Below, in pieces: positions 10,450 to 19,944 of a DNA stretch of 62,459 bases; the first letter of the stretch is position 1; every line of letters begins with the position of its first letter. Under the pieces are notes generated by a model, which did not search any database, was not told the origin of the DNA, and saw nothing but the letters and a program-made list of their open reading frames with translations. The stretch comes from a virus (Duplodnaviria > Caudoviricetes). Position numbers and translations under genes: made by a program. The stretch lies in IMG/VR virus record IMGVR_UViG_3300025864_000016, positions 1-62,459 of that record; one strand, written 5' to 3'.

Positions 10450-10731
10450 ATGTTATACCTGGTTAATCTGGTAATCACTATCATTCTGGCCGCTATCGCA
10501 ACGGTACAGATGGTTGAACTCGTTGGTGCAGGGGCAGACGGTAGCGTCAAACGCGCAGAAGCCATTGTGCAGATTCGCGCCGCGTTAAACGGGTTACCCA
10601 TACCCTCGTGGGCAAGCGGAGCTGTAGCGATGTTCATAACCGACAATTTCCTTGGGGGCATTATCGACAAGGTCGTTAGCTACTTGAATGGGTTAGGTAT
10701 CTTCACTCATGCGGCAACTCCTACCGAGTAA
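10450..10731 (+). CDS. Putative holin (possible longer in-frame start at 10252)
   Basis: Hydrophobic segments, GxxKR motif, RBS AAGGGAG, follows the endolysin. Confidence 0.55.
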   Translation: MLYLVNLVITIILAAIATVQMVELVGAGADGSVKRAEAIVQIRAALNGLPIPSWASGAVAMFITDNFLGGIIDKVVSYLNGLGIFTHAATPTE

Positions 10732-10753
10732 CTCAACCGAATAAGCACCAGAC

Positions 10754-10786
10754 GCCCCGCTGCTTTATGTGGCGGGGCATTTTTTT
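10754..10786 (+). terminator. Intrinsic terminator ending the lysis module
   Basis: GCCCCGC...GCGGGGC followed by a T7 run. Confidence 0.85.
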
Positions 10787-10827
10787 GTGCCTGCATTACG
10801 GAAAACGAAAACCAAGTGTAAGGAAAC

Positions 10828-10856
10828 TTGCACAATTTTCATTACTGTGGTAGCAT
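10828..10856 (+). promoter_or_regulatory. sigma70-type promoter
   Basis: TTGCAC-17-TAGCAT with extended TG. Confidence 0.55.
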
Positions 10857-10875
10857 TGATACAAGAGGGGATTAT

Positions 10876-11127
10876 ATGGATAAATCACCAGCGCGAAAAG
10901 AACACCCCGGACGTGCGATACAGCGATTCCTCGACCAGTATGATGAAACGATTCATTGGCTTGCGCGTGAGTGCCGCTTGCCAGTGAAGGACGTGGCAAA
11001 CGTGATAAGCGGTGTATGGGACATAACGCCAACGCTTGCTACTGGATTAGCCGACGCATTTGGCACTAGCGAGAGTTTCTGGTTGTCATTGCAGGAAGCC
11101 TACGATTCATTTGAGGAGAAAGTATGA
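10876..11127 (+). CDS. higA: HigA/VapI-family HTH antitoxin-like protein
   Basis: HPG..I..FL, ITPTLA..LADAFGTS..FWL.LQ..YD signature. Confidence 0.8.
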   Translation: MDKSPARKEHPGRAIQRFLDQYDETIHWLARECRLPVKDVANVISGVWDITPTLATGLADAFGTSESFWLSLQEAYDSFEEKV

Positions 11128-12515
11128 GCAACGAAATTATCCCATTGCGCGAACTTTGCCGGACGGCAGGTTTCAGCCGGACAACTTTCTACCGTATGCT
11201 TGGCAGGGGCGACGTTCCAGAACACTTCATCGTGCAAATGTCTGGCGCAACTTGCGGGTACAAACCGGAATTAGTGACTTGGTTGCGCGCCTACAAGCAA
11301 GCCCCGAAAGACTACCGCGTACTTCCCAAAGACGAGATACCGATAAAACAGACACCCGCACCCACCGGCGAAGAAGTTACGGTTGAGGACACGCCGAATC
11401 ACAAGAGCATCACCACGAAGTCTAGCCGACTCCGGACGCTCGAAGACGTGCTGGCCTACAGTGAAATTGACGAAAAGAGTTGGCAAGTTGAATCCTGCAC
11501 CGTGAAGTCGTGGGAAATGGGGTATAAGGCTCAAGTCGTCAGCGAGGAAACGGAAGTCGGCAATGTGAAGACGGCAAAAGCTGATAGCCATATGCTTTAC
11601 GGTATTTCAGTGAAGCTACGACGCATCGTTACAAGCCCCGTAGATGCCGCCTACGCCCTGTTAGAGGCGCGCATTGCAAACCATGCCCCTTTGTATACTC
11701 CGACCGCTTACACGACGCCTACAGACCCCCATATGCTTGAAATTGGCCTTGTTGATTCACACTTCGGTATGCTTTCGTGGCACAAAGAAACGGGTGAGGA
11801 CTACGACCTTAACATCAGCCAGAACATTTACACATACGCGGTAGAGGATATTGTCAACAAAGCGTCGGCATACAGCATTGAGAAAATCCTGTTGCCGGTG
11901 GGGAGTGACTTCTTAGCATGTGATAATTTGGAGTTAGCCACAACAAAAGGCACTCCGCAAGACGTTGACGGGCGACTTGCCAAAATCATCGAGACGGCAC
12001 AAATGGCTATGGTTAATGCTGTTGAGAGACTACGATTAGTTGCTCCAGTAGAAGTTGTGCTTGTTCCTGGCAACCATGATTTTGTATCATCCTTCCATAT
12101 CGCGCACTTCATTGACGCGTGGTTCAGAAATTGTGGCGAAGTCACGGTGAATACTGCCCCTATCAGCCGCAAGTACGTACCCTACGGTGTCACGCTTATC
12201 GGGCTTACCCACGGTGACGGCGTGAAGCAAGCCGAGTTGCCGCTAATTATGGCAACGGAAGCTAAAGAGTTATGGGCTGACACAATATACCGTGAGTGGC
12301 ATATAGGTCACTTTCACACAGAGCGCGAGACACGGTTTACGGCAGTGAATGGCAATGCCGGTGTCAATGTGCGGGTACTTCCCACCCTTGCCCGTACTGA
12401 CCGCTGGAGCTATAGCAAGGGGTATATCTCAACGAAACGTGCCGAAGGTTATGTTTACTCGCGGGCTAATGGTCCAGCAGGGTACGTAATCTCCTATGGG
12501 GGTACAAAGCAATGA
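11124..12515 (+). CDS. AlpA-like HTH fused to a calcineurin-like metallophosphoesterase
   Basis: N-terminal LRELC..AGFSRTTFYR; DSHFG, GSDFL, GNHD, THGD and GHFH motifs. Confidence 0.8.
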   Translation: MSNEIIPLRELCRTAGFSRTTFYRMLGRGDVPEHFIVQMSGATCGYKPELVTWLRAYKQAPKDYRVLPKDEIPIKQTPAPTGEEVTVEDTPNHKSITTKSSRLRTLEDVLAYSEIDEKSWQVESCTVKSWEMGYKAQVVSEETEVGNVKTAKADSHMLYGISVKLRRIVTSPVDAAYALLEARIANHAPLYTPTAYTTPTDPHMLEIGLVDSHFGMLSWHKETGEDYDLNISQNIYTYAVEDIVNKASAYSIEKILLPVGSDFLACDNLELATTKGTPQDVDGRLAKIIETAQMAMVNAVERLRLVAPVEVVLVPGNHDFVSSFHIAHFIDAWFRNCGEVTVNTAPISRKYVPYGVTLIGLTHGDGVKQAELPLIMATEAKELWADTIYREWHIGHFHTERETRFTAVNGNAGVNVRVLPTLARTDRWSYSKGYISTKRAEGYVYSRANGPAGYVISYGGTKQ

Positions 12516-13201
12516 CTCTCGCACTAGATACAATTCACCTCGGCAATTGCCTTGACCTTATGCCCCAAATACCCGACGGGAGCGTGGATTGCGTTCTCAC
12601 AGACCCGCCGTATGGCATAAGTTATCAAAGCAATATGCGCGTGGCAAGTGCGCAGTTTGCAGTGCTTGAGAATGATGATAATGATATGCGGTTTGATGCG
12701 TATGTAGAAATATATCGCATATTGAAGGACAACTCAGTAGCTATTGTGTTCTGCTCCTTCAAAAACTATGCTGATGACTACAACGAATTAAAGAAGCTAT
12801 TCTCTATCAAAAATGCAATCATCTGGAATAAAGGCGGCGGTGGCATTGGCGACCTATCTCATAGTCTGTTGACAGACTATGAGATAGCTATCGTAGCACA
12901 CAAGGGTAGTTGCGAGATACGGGGCAAGCGTGACGGCAGTGTCTGGACACACGCCAAAGTTCCACCGAGTGATATGGTTCATGCTACAGAAAAGCCAGTA
13001 TCGTTATTTTCGCGTCTTATGTATAAATTCACTGATGCTGGTGCTGTTGTTCTCGACCCGTTTCTCGGTTCCGGCACAACAGCCGTCGCCGCGCACAACA
13101 CAGGCAGGCACTTCATCGGGATAGAAATGGATGAAACTTACTACAAAATCGCCTGCAAGCGGCTGGCCGACGCGCAGAGCCAGCAGAGGTTGGGGATATG
13201 A
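12512..13201 (+). CDS. DNA N6-adenine/N4-cytosine methyltransferase (beta class)
   Basis: DPPY, HATEKP and DPFLGSGTT. Confidence 0.92.
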   Translation: MTLALDTIHLGNCLDLMPQIPDGSVDCVLTDPPYGISYQSNMRVASAQFAVLENDDNDMRFDAYVEIYRILKDNSVAIVFCSFKNYADDYNELKKLFSIKNAIIWNKGGGGIGDLSHSLLTDYEIAIVAHKGSCEIRGKRDGSVWTHAKVPPSDMVHATEKPVSLFSRLMYKFTDAGAVVLDPFLGSGTTAVAAHNTGRHFIGIEMDETYYKIACKRLADAQSQQRLGI

Positions 13202-13461
13202 GAATACTACGACGAATTACCGTGTACCTGCCCCTCTGCTATTTGGCCGCTAAAACAATGTGGCAGGTGCTTGTGGCCGGTGAAAAGCAGTACCCAGTCG
13301 TGCGCGCCGACGCTATCATCAATAAGGCCAAACATGCGTCTCATGCTAAGAATCATATTGATTGCTACCGAGAGTTGGGCCACATCGAGGATTTGACGCA
13401 CTGTGCGGTCAGGTGCATTTTGGAGCTGGCTCGCAGACGTAAGCTACTTCGCAGGAAATAA
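13198..13461 (+). CDS. Possible dATP/dGTP diphosphohydrolase-like (DUF5664-like) protein
   Basis: VL..G.K.Y ... H...HI..Y ... EDLTH.A.R pattern; short. Confidence 0.45.
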   Translation: MRILRRITVYLPLCYLAAKTMWQVLVAGEKQYPVVRADAIINKAKHASHAKNHIDCYRELGHIEDLTHCAVRCILELARRRKLLRRK

Positions 13462-13524
13462 TTCCTACTATACTTTTAGAGCTACTAGGCGTATAGTATG
13501 GTAGCAGACAAAAAGGGAGAAACG

Positions 13525-13911
13525 ATGATAGATAAATATTCCAAGGCCGCTACAGATGACGGCAACATCATTTTACTCGACGGGATAAAGCCTTCCAGAA
13601 CACGGCTTATCTTTGTGAGCGGCGCGTACTCCGCTTCTACAGCAGAAGGCATTGCCGCAAACGTGAAGCGGGCGCAGGATGTGGGCCGCAAACTTTTACG
13701 CGCAGGATACACTCCACTGATTCCGCAGTCTATGTACTGGACAATGGAAGACGCGGGGAAGTGGGAAGACTTCATGGATTGTTGTAAGGAAATGATTTCA
13801 TATTGCGACGGTATTCTGATGATGCCTGGCTGGACATTGAGTAAGGGTGCTTATATCGAATTTTTACATGCACTCTCCGCCCAAGTACAGCCATACGAGA
13901 TAGTAAAATAA
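13525..13911 (+). CDS. DUF4406 / nucleoside deoxyribosyltransferase-like protein
   Basis: IFVSGAYS, CDGILMMPGW..SKGA..E. Confidence 0.75.
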   Translation: MIDKYSKAATDDGNIILLDGIKPSRTRLIFVSGAYSASTAEGIAANVKRAQDVGRKLLRAGYTPLIPQSMYWTMEDAGKWEDFMDCCKEMISYCDGILMMPGWTLSKGAYIEFLHALSAQVQPYEIVK

Positions 13912-13921
13912 TCATTCGTAC

Positions 13922-14017
13922 TGTACATGCTTCCCTTAACGTGGTATAATGTATGAAGTTGCCCAGCGCAAATCACTACGCTGGGCGTTATGCAACACCT
14001 AAAAAGGAGGTAGAAGC
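13922..14017 (+). promoter_or_regulatory. Promoter and conserved hairpin leader of HNH-like copy 1
   Basis: TGgTATAAT 13942-13950; stem GCCCAGCG/CGCTGGGC 13961-13986; GTTATGCAACACC; AGGAGG. Confidence 0.8.
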
Positions 14018-14737
14018 ATGAATGGAAGTATAGTCCATATTAACGATGGCGTCAAGTTTACAACAGGGAACATTCCCACTGGCATGAAGTTTGGTAGGAC
14101 TACCGTTATTGAAAAAATACCGAATCCTACCAAAGACAATCATGCATTTTATAGATGTGCCTGTGACTGCGGAAAGATTTATTGTACCGTTGGCAGAGGA
14201 TTGGTCAGTGGCCACACCACATCATGCGGGTGTTATTTTTCCGAACAACTTATAGCGCGCAATACTATACACGGTGAAGGTAGCCAAAAACACGCAAATC
14301 GTGGTTTGTATTGTGTATGGAATAACATGATGAAACGTTGTTACAATACAAAAAATCCTGGGTACTATAATTGGGGCGGCAGAGGCATCACCGTTTGCGA
14401 TGAGTGGAAAGCTGATTATACAGTATTTAGAGACTGGGCATTTGCTAATGGATACAAAAAGCACCTTTCCCTCGACAGAAGAGACAATCTCCTCGGCTAT
14501 AGCCCATCTAATTGTTGGTGGGCAACATCAATACAACAGAATAGGAATACTCGGAAAAATGTCAATGTTACTGCTTTCGGAGAAACAAAATGTATCTCCG
14601 CATGGGTAGCTGACGATTGCTGTAGCGTTGGTCATACAGCAATAAGGAAGAGAATAAAGAAGGGATGGTCTCCCGAAGATGCGATAACAACACCAGCATA
14701 CGGGCGGCGGGCAACATTGACACATACCCCCGCATAG
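14018..14737 (+). CDS. HNH-like homing-endonuclease-family protein, copy 1
   Basis: CDCG, SCGC, RCYN, GGRGITVC.EW, LSLDRRDN..GY.PSNC.WAT, TAFGETK. Confidence 0.85.
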   Translation: MNGSIVHINDGVKFTTGNIPTGMKFGRTTVIEKIPNPTKDNHAFYRCACDCGKIYCTVGRGLVSGHTTSCGCYFSEQLIARNTIHGEGSQKHANRGLYCVWNNMMKRCYNTKNPGYYNWGGRGITVCDEWKADYTVFRDWAFANGYKKHLSLDRRDNLLGYSPSNCWWATSIQQNRNTRKNVNVTAFGETKCISAWVADDCCSVGHTAIRKRIKKGWSPEDAITTPAYGRRATLTHTPA

Positions 14738-14782
14738 TGTATTCTATCACCTAGCACCCTCCGTGATGCTACTTACACCTCC

Positions 14783-14818
14783 TGGCCAGCGGTGGCTATC
14801 CTTCCCTGCCGCTGGCCA
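14783..14818. terminator. Strong hairpin after HNH-like copy 1
   Basis: TGGCCAGCGGTGG...CTGCCGCTGGCCA. Confidence 0.55.
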
Positions 14819-14885
14819 CCTCTTTGCCTGTTGACGAAACGCTACGACTTCTCAATAACTTATAGCACTCTGTCTGAAACTCCCC

Positions 14886-14914
14886 TTGACAACGAAGCCT
14901 TGATCTGTTACACT
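14886..14914 (+). promoter_or_regulatory. sigma70-type promoter with no convincing downstream ORF
   Basis: TTGACA-17-TACACT with extended TG. Confidence 0.7.
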
Positions 14915-14920
14915 ATTTTT

Positions 14921-15197
14921 CAGTAGAAAATGAAAATGCAAGGCGCGCACACATTGCCTCGTTAACAAAGTGTACGCCACCTCCATCGGAGAAGTAATTG
15001 GCAATGGTGGGGGCAACGGAAACAGGATAATAGAATAGAGAAGAGCCTTCGTAAAGCGTTACTATTGAAATGAAATGGACGTATACGGGGGTTCTTTCGT
15101 TTAATATATATCTTACTTCGTAGTTTTGCCATTCTCCAACCTTCGCAGCTTGCCATACATGCGATTGTACCCCGCTAGAAGCCTCGTAGCGGGGTAC
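14921..15197 (+). ncRNA. Candidate rod-like non-coding RNA
   Basis: 13-bp helix 15041-15053/15084-15096 with G.U pairs on the + strand; outer pairing 14988-15004/15126-15137; closing hairpin 15167-15197. Confidence 0.45.
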
Positions 15198-15229
15198 GGA
15201 TTGATTATTAGAGGTATTGCACGTCGGGG

Positions 15230-15601
15230 CTAACTGAAGTCCTTGAATGTAAAGCTGAATTTCTCTTCGTCCAGCCAGTAGTAGTCCTCGAAGTCGGAGT
15301 CCGGCGGTACGTCAACGTTGTGCGTCGGCGCGAACTTGAGGGTTGCGCGCGCCATCACAAAGAACTCCTCAACGGTCATATCGTCGCCGGGAATACTGCG
15401 TATTGTGAACCCGTGCGCCGCAATAACCTCTTCCCAGTCCTTTGCGGATTTGATGTCCTTCTCATGGTTGGGGCCGAGGTAGCCGCGCAAGCCCTGAAAG
15501 CCGAACACAGCACCCGCCGAACGTTTGCCTAAATGATATTCCTCGGTTGCACCTCCGCACTCGTGGCAATAAGCTCCGCAATAGTAGTTGGTTGACATCA
15601 T
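15230..15601 (-). CDS. Conserved phage hypothetical protein
   Basis: MSTNYY...HLGKRSAG..F.F pattern. Confidence 0.7.
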   Translation of the reverse strand: MMSTNYYCGAYCHECGGATEEYHLGKRSAGAVFGFQGLRGYLGPNHEKDIKSAKDWEEVIAAHGFTIRSIPGDDMTVEEFFVMARATLKFAPTHNVDVPPDSDFEDYYWLDEEKFSFTFKDFS

Positions 15602-15810
15602 TTCCCCTCCGATTCTTCAATCATAGCATCTAACTTTCGCAGTATACACTCACGACAGCAGGCGCAATCCCGAAGGTCAGTTTCGTCGCAGTGTTCGTCC
15701 ATAACCTCGGCAATCTCCAGACTACCCAAGTTATAAATGTCTTTAATGTTGAACCCTCTGTCGAGCAGCACGTCGTCCTTCGCCTTCTCAATATCAGCTT
15801 TCGTTATCAT
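15598..15810 (-). CDS. Small Cys-rich protein (MITKAD...CxxC family)
   Basis: Paralogous to 21218-21412. Confidence 0.7.
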   Translation of the reverse strand: MITKADIEKAKDDVLLDRGFNIKDIYNLGSLEIAEVMDEHCDETDLRDCACCRECILRKLDAMIEESEGK

Positions 15811-16277
15811 CGCCCTGCCTCCAGTTCTTTGAGCATCGCCAGCTTGCAGGCCGAGCAAAACGCATCATCAGACGGCTTGCAATTCACAGAGTGAAGCGGC
15901 ACAGACTGGCACTGTATGTCCAGCACCTTCAGCAAGTCGGGGTTTCGCGTCAGAAACGCAATGCTTGTCGCGGGTTCCCTTATCAGTCTCTGCTTCGCCG
16001 CCTCAAGGTCAGTCAGTATCCGCAAAGAGTACCACTGCGTATCCTCGCACATAGCATCAAACGACGTTACCGTTGCCCAAAGTCGAGTTGTCGGCAACAC
16101 TCCGATAACAACATCGACCTCCACCATTGTCCGGCTAATCATCAGCTCGGTCAGAACGTCCGGCGAGACAGTGCCAATCTCGAAGTCGCTACTAATCCAT
16201 TCGCCGTCAGCGTTCGCCTCAATGTTCAGCCCCTTCTGGCTCCCGATTCGCGTTATGGTTAGCTTTCGCATACTCAT
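15807..16277 (-). CDS. Hypothetical protein with C-terminal CxxC
   Basis: Coupled ORF with RBS GAGG. Confidence 0.65.
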   Translation of the reverse strand: MSMRKLTITRIGSQKGLNIEANADGEWISSDFEIGTVSPDVLTELMISRTMVEVDVVIGVLPTTRLWATVTSFDAMCEDTQWYSLRILTDLEAAKQRLIREPATSIAFLTRNPDLLKVLDIQCQSVPLHSVNCKPSDDAFCSACKLAMLKELEAGR

Positions 16278-16561
16278 ACCTCCTCGTATTCCATGCGCTC
16301 AAAGCCGTGGTTCGTTATTAGATGAAGTACAAAGTTGTTGTAGTCTTTGAAGCTCCAATCCCATTGCTGTTTGCTAATCATGTCGCCATAGTCACTAACA
16401 AGTGTAAACCACGAACCCACTTCCCCATCATCTGCGCAACTTCCGGTAATCACAGCCACCAGTTCTTTGCCTCTGTGGTAATCGTTCCTGTCCTCACACC
16501 AGAGCAGGTAGGTTTTGCGCGATGGCCGGGCACAAATATTGTTTACTTCCAACTGATTCAT
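16274..16561 (-). CDS. Hypothetical protein
   Basis: Coupled ORF. Confidence 0.6.
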   Translation of the reverse strand: MNQLEVNNICARPSRKTYLLWCEDRNDYHRGKELVAVITGSCADDGEVGSWFTLVSDYGDMISKQQWDWSFKDYNNFVLHLITNHGFERMEYEEV

Positions 16562-16884
16562 GAGTCCCCCCTCATTCGCTCCTCGGCCTGCGCCAAGTTG
16601 TACAGTGCGTCCACGTGTCCAAATGCGATCATTACAGCTTCAACGCGCAATGCCTGCCGAAAGTGAAAGGCACGGTCTTTCTGGTATTCCTCGCACTCTC
16701 GCGTCTTCCCCACAAGTGCCGCCGTCAGCTCCGCCTGCGAGTCAAGCAGCAGCTTTATCAGCTCCTGCTGGTCTTTGTCGTTGCAGGCATCGCATACGCC
16801 GGACTTGGAATCATGTGCCATTGACTGGCCGCAGACAGGACAGGCGCACTGCCAAGTGTCGTACTTTTGTTCTTCTTTATCCAC
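16558..16884 (-). CDS. Zn-ribbon / coiled-coil hypothetical protein
   Basis: CPVC...CDAC. Confidence 0.6.
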   Translation of the reverse strand: MDKEEQKYDTWQCACPVCGQSMAHDSKSGVCDACNDKDQQELIKLLLDSQAELTAALVGKTRECEEYQKDRAFHFRQALRVEAVMIAFGHVDALYNLAQAEERMRGDS

Positions 16885-17596
16885 AAATATTCCCTCCTCT
16901 TTTTTTCATATGTCTAGCAGGTTTTGTTATTGCTTCTTCGGGGGACATACCGCTTTTAAGCCTATCCCGCAAAGTGCCATAACTAACTACGCAGCGATAA
17001 TCACCTACCCATTCTGCTATACTTTTTGTTTCTCCAAATGCGGTCAGTAGGTGATTTCTTCGCGTATTCCTGGCTTGCTGTTTACGCGTCGCCCATCGAC
17101 AATTTGGCGGTTCGTAGTTACCGTCGTTATTTATGCGGTCTAATGTAAGGCTATCGGAATACCCGTGAGACAGCGCCCATTCTTTGAATGGAGGATATTC
17201 TCTCCATTCATTACAAACGGTAATTCCGCGACCACCATGATTGCAATAATCTTTTTTCTTTTCGTTGTAACAACGACCAAACATTCCCTGCCAGCAATCA
17301 AATAGCCTCGCGTATTCGCTGCTACGCACACTATCTCCGTGCGTAGTATGGCGTTTACTGGTCATTTCGGCACAATAGCATCCACATGACTTTATTCGTC
17401 CTCTAACTAAATGACTACCTAATACGCAACAAGTGTTTCCACAATCACAAGTAGCGACATAGTAGTGCATTGTCTGACCATTGACCTTTTTAATCACGTG
17501 TGAAGTCACCACCAACCTGTCAAATCTCATTCCCGCTGGTATGTTTGGAACAGTAAAATTAACGCCGTCTCTTTCGTGGACTATACTTTTACTCAT
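16877..17596 (-). CDS. HNH-like protein, copy 2
   Basis: Same motif set (LTLDRINNDGNYEPPNCRWAT); translationally coupled at the 5' end and overlapping the next gene. Confidence 0.85.
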   Translation of the reverse strand: MSKSIVHERDGVNFTVPNIPAGMRFDRLVVTSHVIKKVNGQTMHYYVATCDCGNTCCVLGSHLVRGRIKSCGCYCAEMTSKRHTTHGDSVRSSEYARLFDCWQGMFGRCYNEKKKDYCNHGGRGITVCNEWREYPPFKEWALSHGYSDSLTLDRINNDGNYEPPNCRWATRKQQARNTRRNHLLTAFGETKSIAEWVGDYRCVVSYGTLRDRLKSGMSPEEAITKPARHMKKRGGNICG

Positions 17597-17793
17597 TTCT
17601 TCCCCCTATTTGCCAATTCATTTGTCGGCATAGGGTAGTCTTCTGCAGCATCTTCAAAGATAAACCCTGCCCGCGCCATGCGAAAATCAAAGTCTTTCAA
17701 CGTGTGACACCTCAACATGGTATCATGGCACTCGGCAATGCGATTTAATCGCTCAAGTAGCTGATCTTTGGTCATGTATGGTTCTTTAGTCAT
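17593..17793 (-). CDS. Hypothetical protein
   Basis: RBS GAGGAGGG. Confidence 0.6.
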   Translation of the reverse strand: MTKEPYMTKDQLLERLNRIAECHDTMLRCHTLKDFDFRMARAGFIFEDAAEDYPMPTNELANRGKK

Positions 17794-18257
17794 CTTCCCT
17801 CCTCATGAGCAATCGGGGCGAGTAGTGGTCTTATCACTTCGCACTTGGCGTTCTAAATTCTCGCTCCGATTACAATGGTATTCTAGCAGATTTAGCTTGA
17901 CTTGTCAAGCGTATTGGTTCGCGGGTAAAAGGGATAGACTCGCTCGTCCTGCTGGCACGGCAAACGCTTCATCGCCACTTCCCACTCGCCCTTGCACGAA
18001 CCCTCAAGCTCATTCCTCTTCGCCACCAATGCCTGCAATGCCTTAAACGCACTATCTATCTGGGCATCAGGGGAGGGCGGTGGTGAACCACAAACTCGTG
18101 GTTCACCAAATATTGCTGCCAACAGAATACGCAGTCGTCTGGGCAATGCGCATCACCCTTCGCCATCCCTATCGGACACCCTCCTATCTCCTCCACCGGC
18201 TGGTGTGCAACAATACGCCGGACGCACTGCGTGAACGCATTTAGCAGGTGTTCATAT

Positions 18258-18560
18258 TTACCCATTACTTTTCTCCCCATATGTTCTCTCGCGGTGAATC
18301 ATCGCGCCGCCAGGAATCTTCCGGTCACGTATTACACGGTCGGGAACATTGTCGCTTATGTGGCAAGTCACCGTGACCGTCAAGCCCTTAGCGTCAACAC
18401 TGATTTTACGCTGACCAAGTTTCACGTTCTCTATAGTCAGTGTGTCAGTGGGCACCCCGTCCTTCGCCCACTCCTCAAGCACTACTCTATCGAAATGCAC
18501 CCCTCCAAGGTTGTGGTCAGACGACACGTGCGTGCTGTCGAATGTCCATGAATTGCTCAT
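18258..18560 (-). CDS. Hypothetical protein
   Basis: RBS GGAGG; coupled to the DUF5131 gene. Confidence 0.55.
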   Translation of the reverse strand: MSNSWTFDSTHVSSDHNLGGVHFDRVVLEEWAKDGVPTDTLTIENVKLGQRKISVDAKGLTVTVTCHISDNVPDRVIRDRKIPGGAMIHRERTYGEKSNG

Positions 18561-19315
18561 CGTTGGCCTCCCGGAAATTGCAACCACTTTTGCCCATCAA
18601 GCTCTGGCTCTTTGACTATTTTGCCGTTCACTTCCATTTGTTTAAGAAAATACGGTATGCCTGCGTCTACGCATTGGTCACGCAGCGACAGGAACCAGTC
18701 GGTTTGCGCTTGCCGTCGGTTTGAACCAGACTCGCATCCGGCGATTACCCACCCTCGGTTGCCCAATTCGAGAAAGTCTTCCGACAGGGTAACTGGGCCT
18801 AACATCGGCTCTATCGACAGAAACCGGACATAGCCCATCGTTGTAGTCATTAGCAGGGGTATCCGATTGTCAGCAGCCGCCTGATTTTCGACACTCACTC
18901 CACACCATAAATTAGGTATTGTGTTCGTGTTGAGTTTACTGAACATGCTCATGTTCTCCGCCCGCTTGGTCAAAATCATAAACGTATGCTGATTGCATTT
19001 TTTAATCATCTGTCTCACGTCATGAATGAAGTGGTACGGCACATCATCGTGAAACAAATCACTCATGGAGTTTACGAATATGCGACGTGGTGTTTTCCAG
19101 TGCCACGGTTGGCCTATACGCTCCGGTAGACATTGAACCACATCAAATGGTTTCGCGTACTGCACTGGCATATTGTGACCCACTATTCGTGCGATATGCC
19201 GCTGCCTATGCAATGCTCGTGCATAGCAATTATCGCACCCAGGACTCCCCGCGTGGGTACATCCCACTACCGGATTCCAGACATAGTCTGTCCATGCTAT
19301 TCCAGTTTTAGCCAT
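18557..19315 (-). CDS. Phage Gp37Gp68 / DUF5131 family protein
   Basis: TGIAWTD..WNPV.GC...SPGCDNCYA, IFVNSMSDLFH, LTKR, SIEPMLG, WVIAGCESG. Confidence 0.92.
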   Translation of the reverse strand: MAKTGIAWTDYVWNPVVGCTHAGSPGCDNCYARALHRQRHIARIVGHNMPVQYAKPFDVVQCLPERIGQPWHWKTPRRIFVNSMSDLFHDDVPYHFIHDVRQMIKKCNQHTFMILTKRAENMSMFSKLNTNTIPNLWCGVSVENQAAADNRIPLLMTTTMGYVRFLSIEPMLGPVTLSEDFLELGNRGWVIAGCESGSNRRQAQTDWFLSLRDQCVDAGIPYFLKQMEVNGKIVKEPELDGQKWLQFPGGQR

Positions 19316-19626
19316 TACTCCACCCCTAACTTAATCTGTCCCGACAGGTCTTTCTTCGGAAGCTCCTCGACGGTACACACAGCCCGCTGCGCCATAATCA
19401 CCATTGCCAAACATGTGGAGCAACTTACCACCGGCCACGTCGTATTCGCCGGTTGCACGCTCCAGCTCCCTTTTTTGCAGCAATTATAACACTTGTCTGT
19501 GTTCATTCTTCCCCCTTACCAGAATCTCATGATTATGTGAACAATTATTCCAACTACCAGAAGTACAAACATAATTGCTACACACCCCATTAAGCTCTCT
19601 CCGCCTTCGTTGTTCATAGATGCACC

Positions 19627-19944
19627 TTAATACCGGATTTCCGGCACGTCTACAACGGTAAACCCGTGGTTCTCGCATAGCCAGCGCACAAGCGAATTGG
19701 CGATAATCGGGAAGGCAATGTCAGGGTATTTGGCCCGCAGTATAGTCATGCTGGCGTTCTTTATGTGCATAACTGCACAAACATCTTCCCTCTGTTCCCT
19801 TGCGGTAATTCGTCGAAATCCACAGGCTGTTTCAAACTCTTTGCACAACGAAGACAAGGCAGGTTTTGCTGGCCCAGTCACGTGTGCAACGACCTCATAA
19901 TCTTCATATCTACCTTCGCTAATTGCATACATCTTTGTTTTCAT
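19627..19944 (-). CDS. Hypothetical protein
   Basis: Coupled ORF. Confidence 0.55.
   Translation of the reverse strand: MKTKMYAISEGRYEDYEVVAHVTGPAKPALSSLCKEFETACGFRRITAREQREDVCAVMHIKNASMTILRAKYPDIAFPIIANSLVRWLCENHGFTVVDVPEIRY

Noticed and set aside
13198-13911. 2-aminoadenine (Z) or other base-substitution pathway
   Set aside because: No PurZ, no DNA polymerase and no queuosine-pathway genes; the diphosphohydrolase call is itself weak.
13961-13986. Cassette leaders as HEARO/omega-type guide RNAs
   Set aside because: The leaders are only about 60 nt, show no evident guide segment, and the proteins lack RuvC/IscB features. A partner-RNA role is not excluded, but this specific identity is unsupported.
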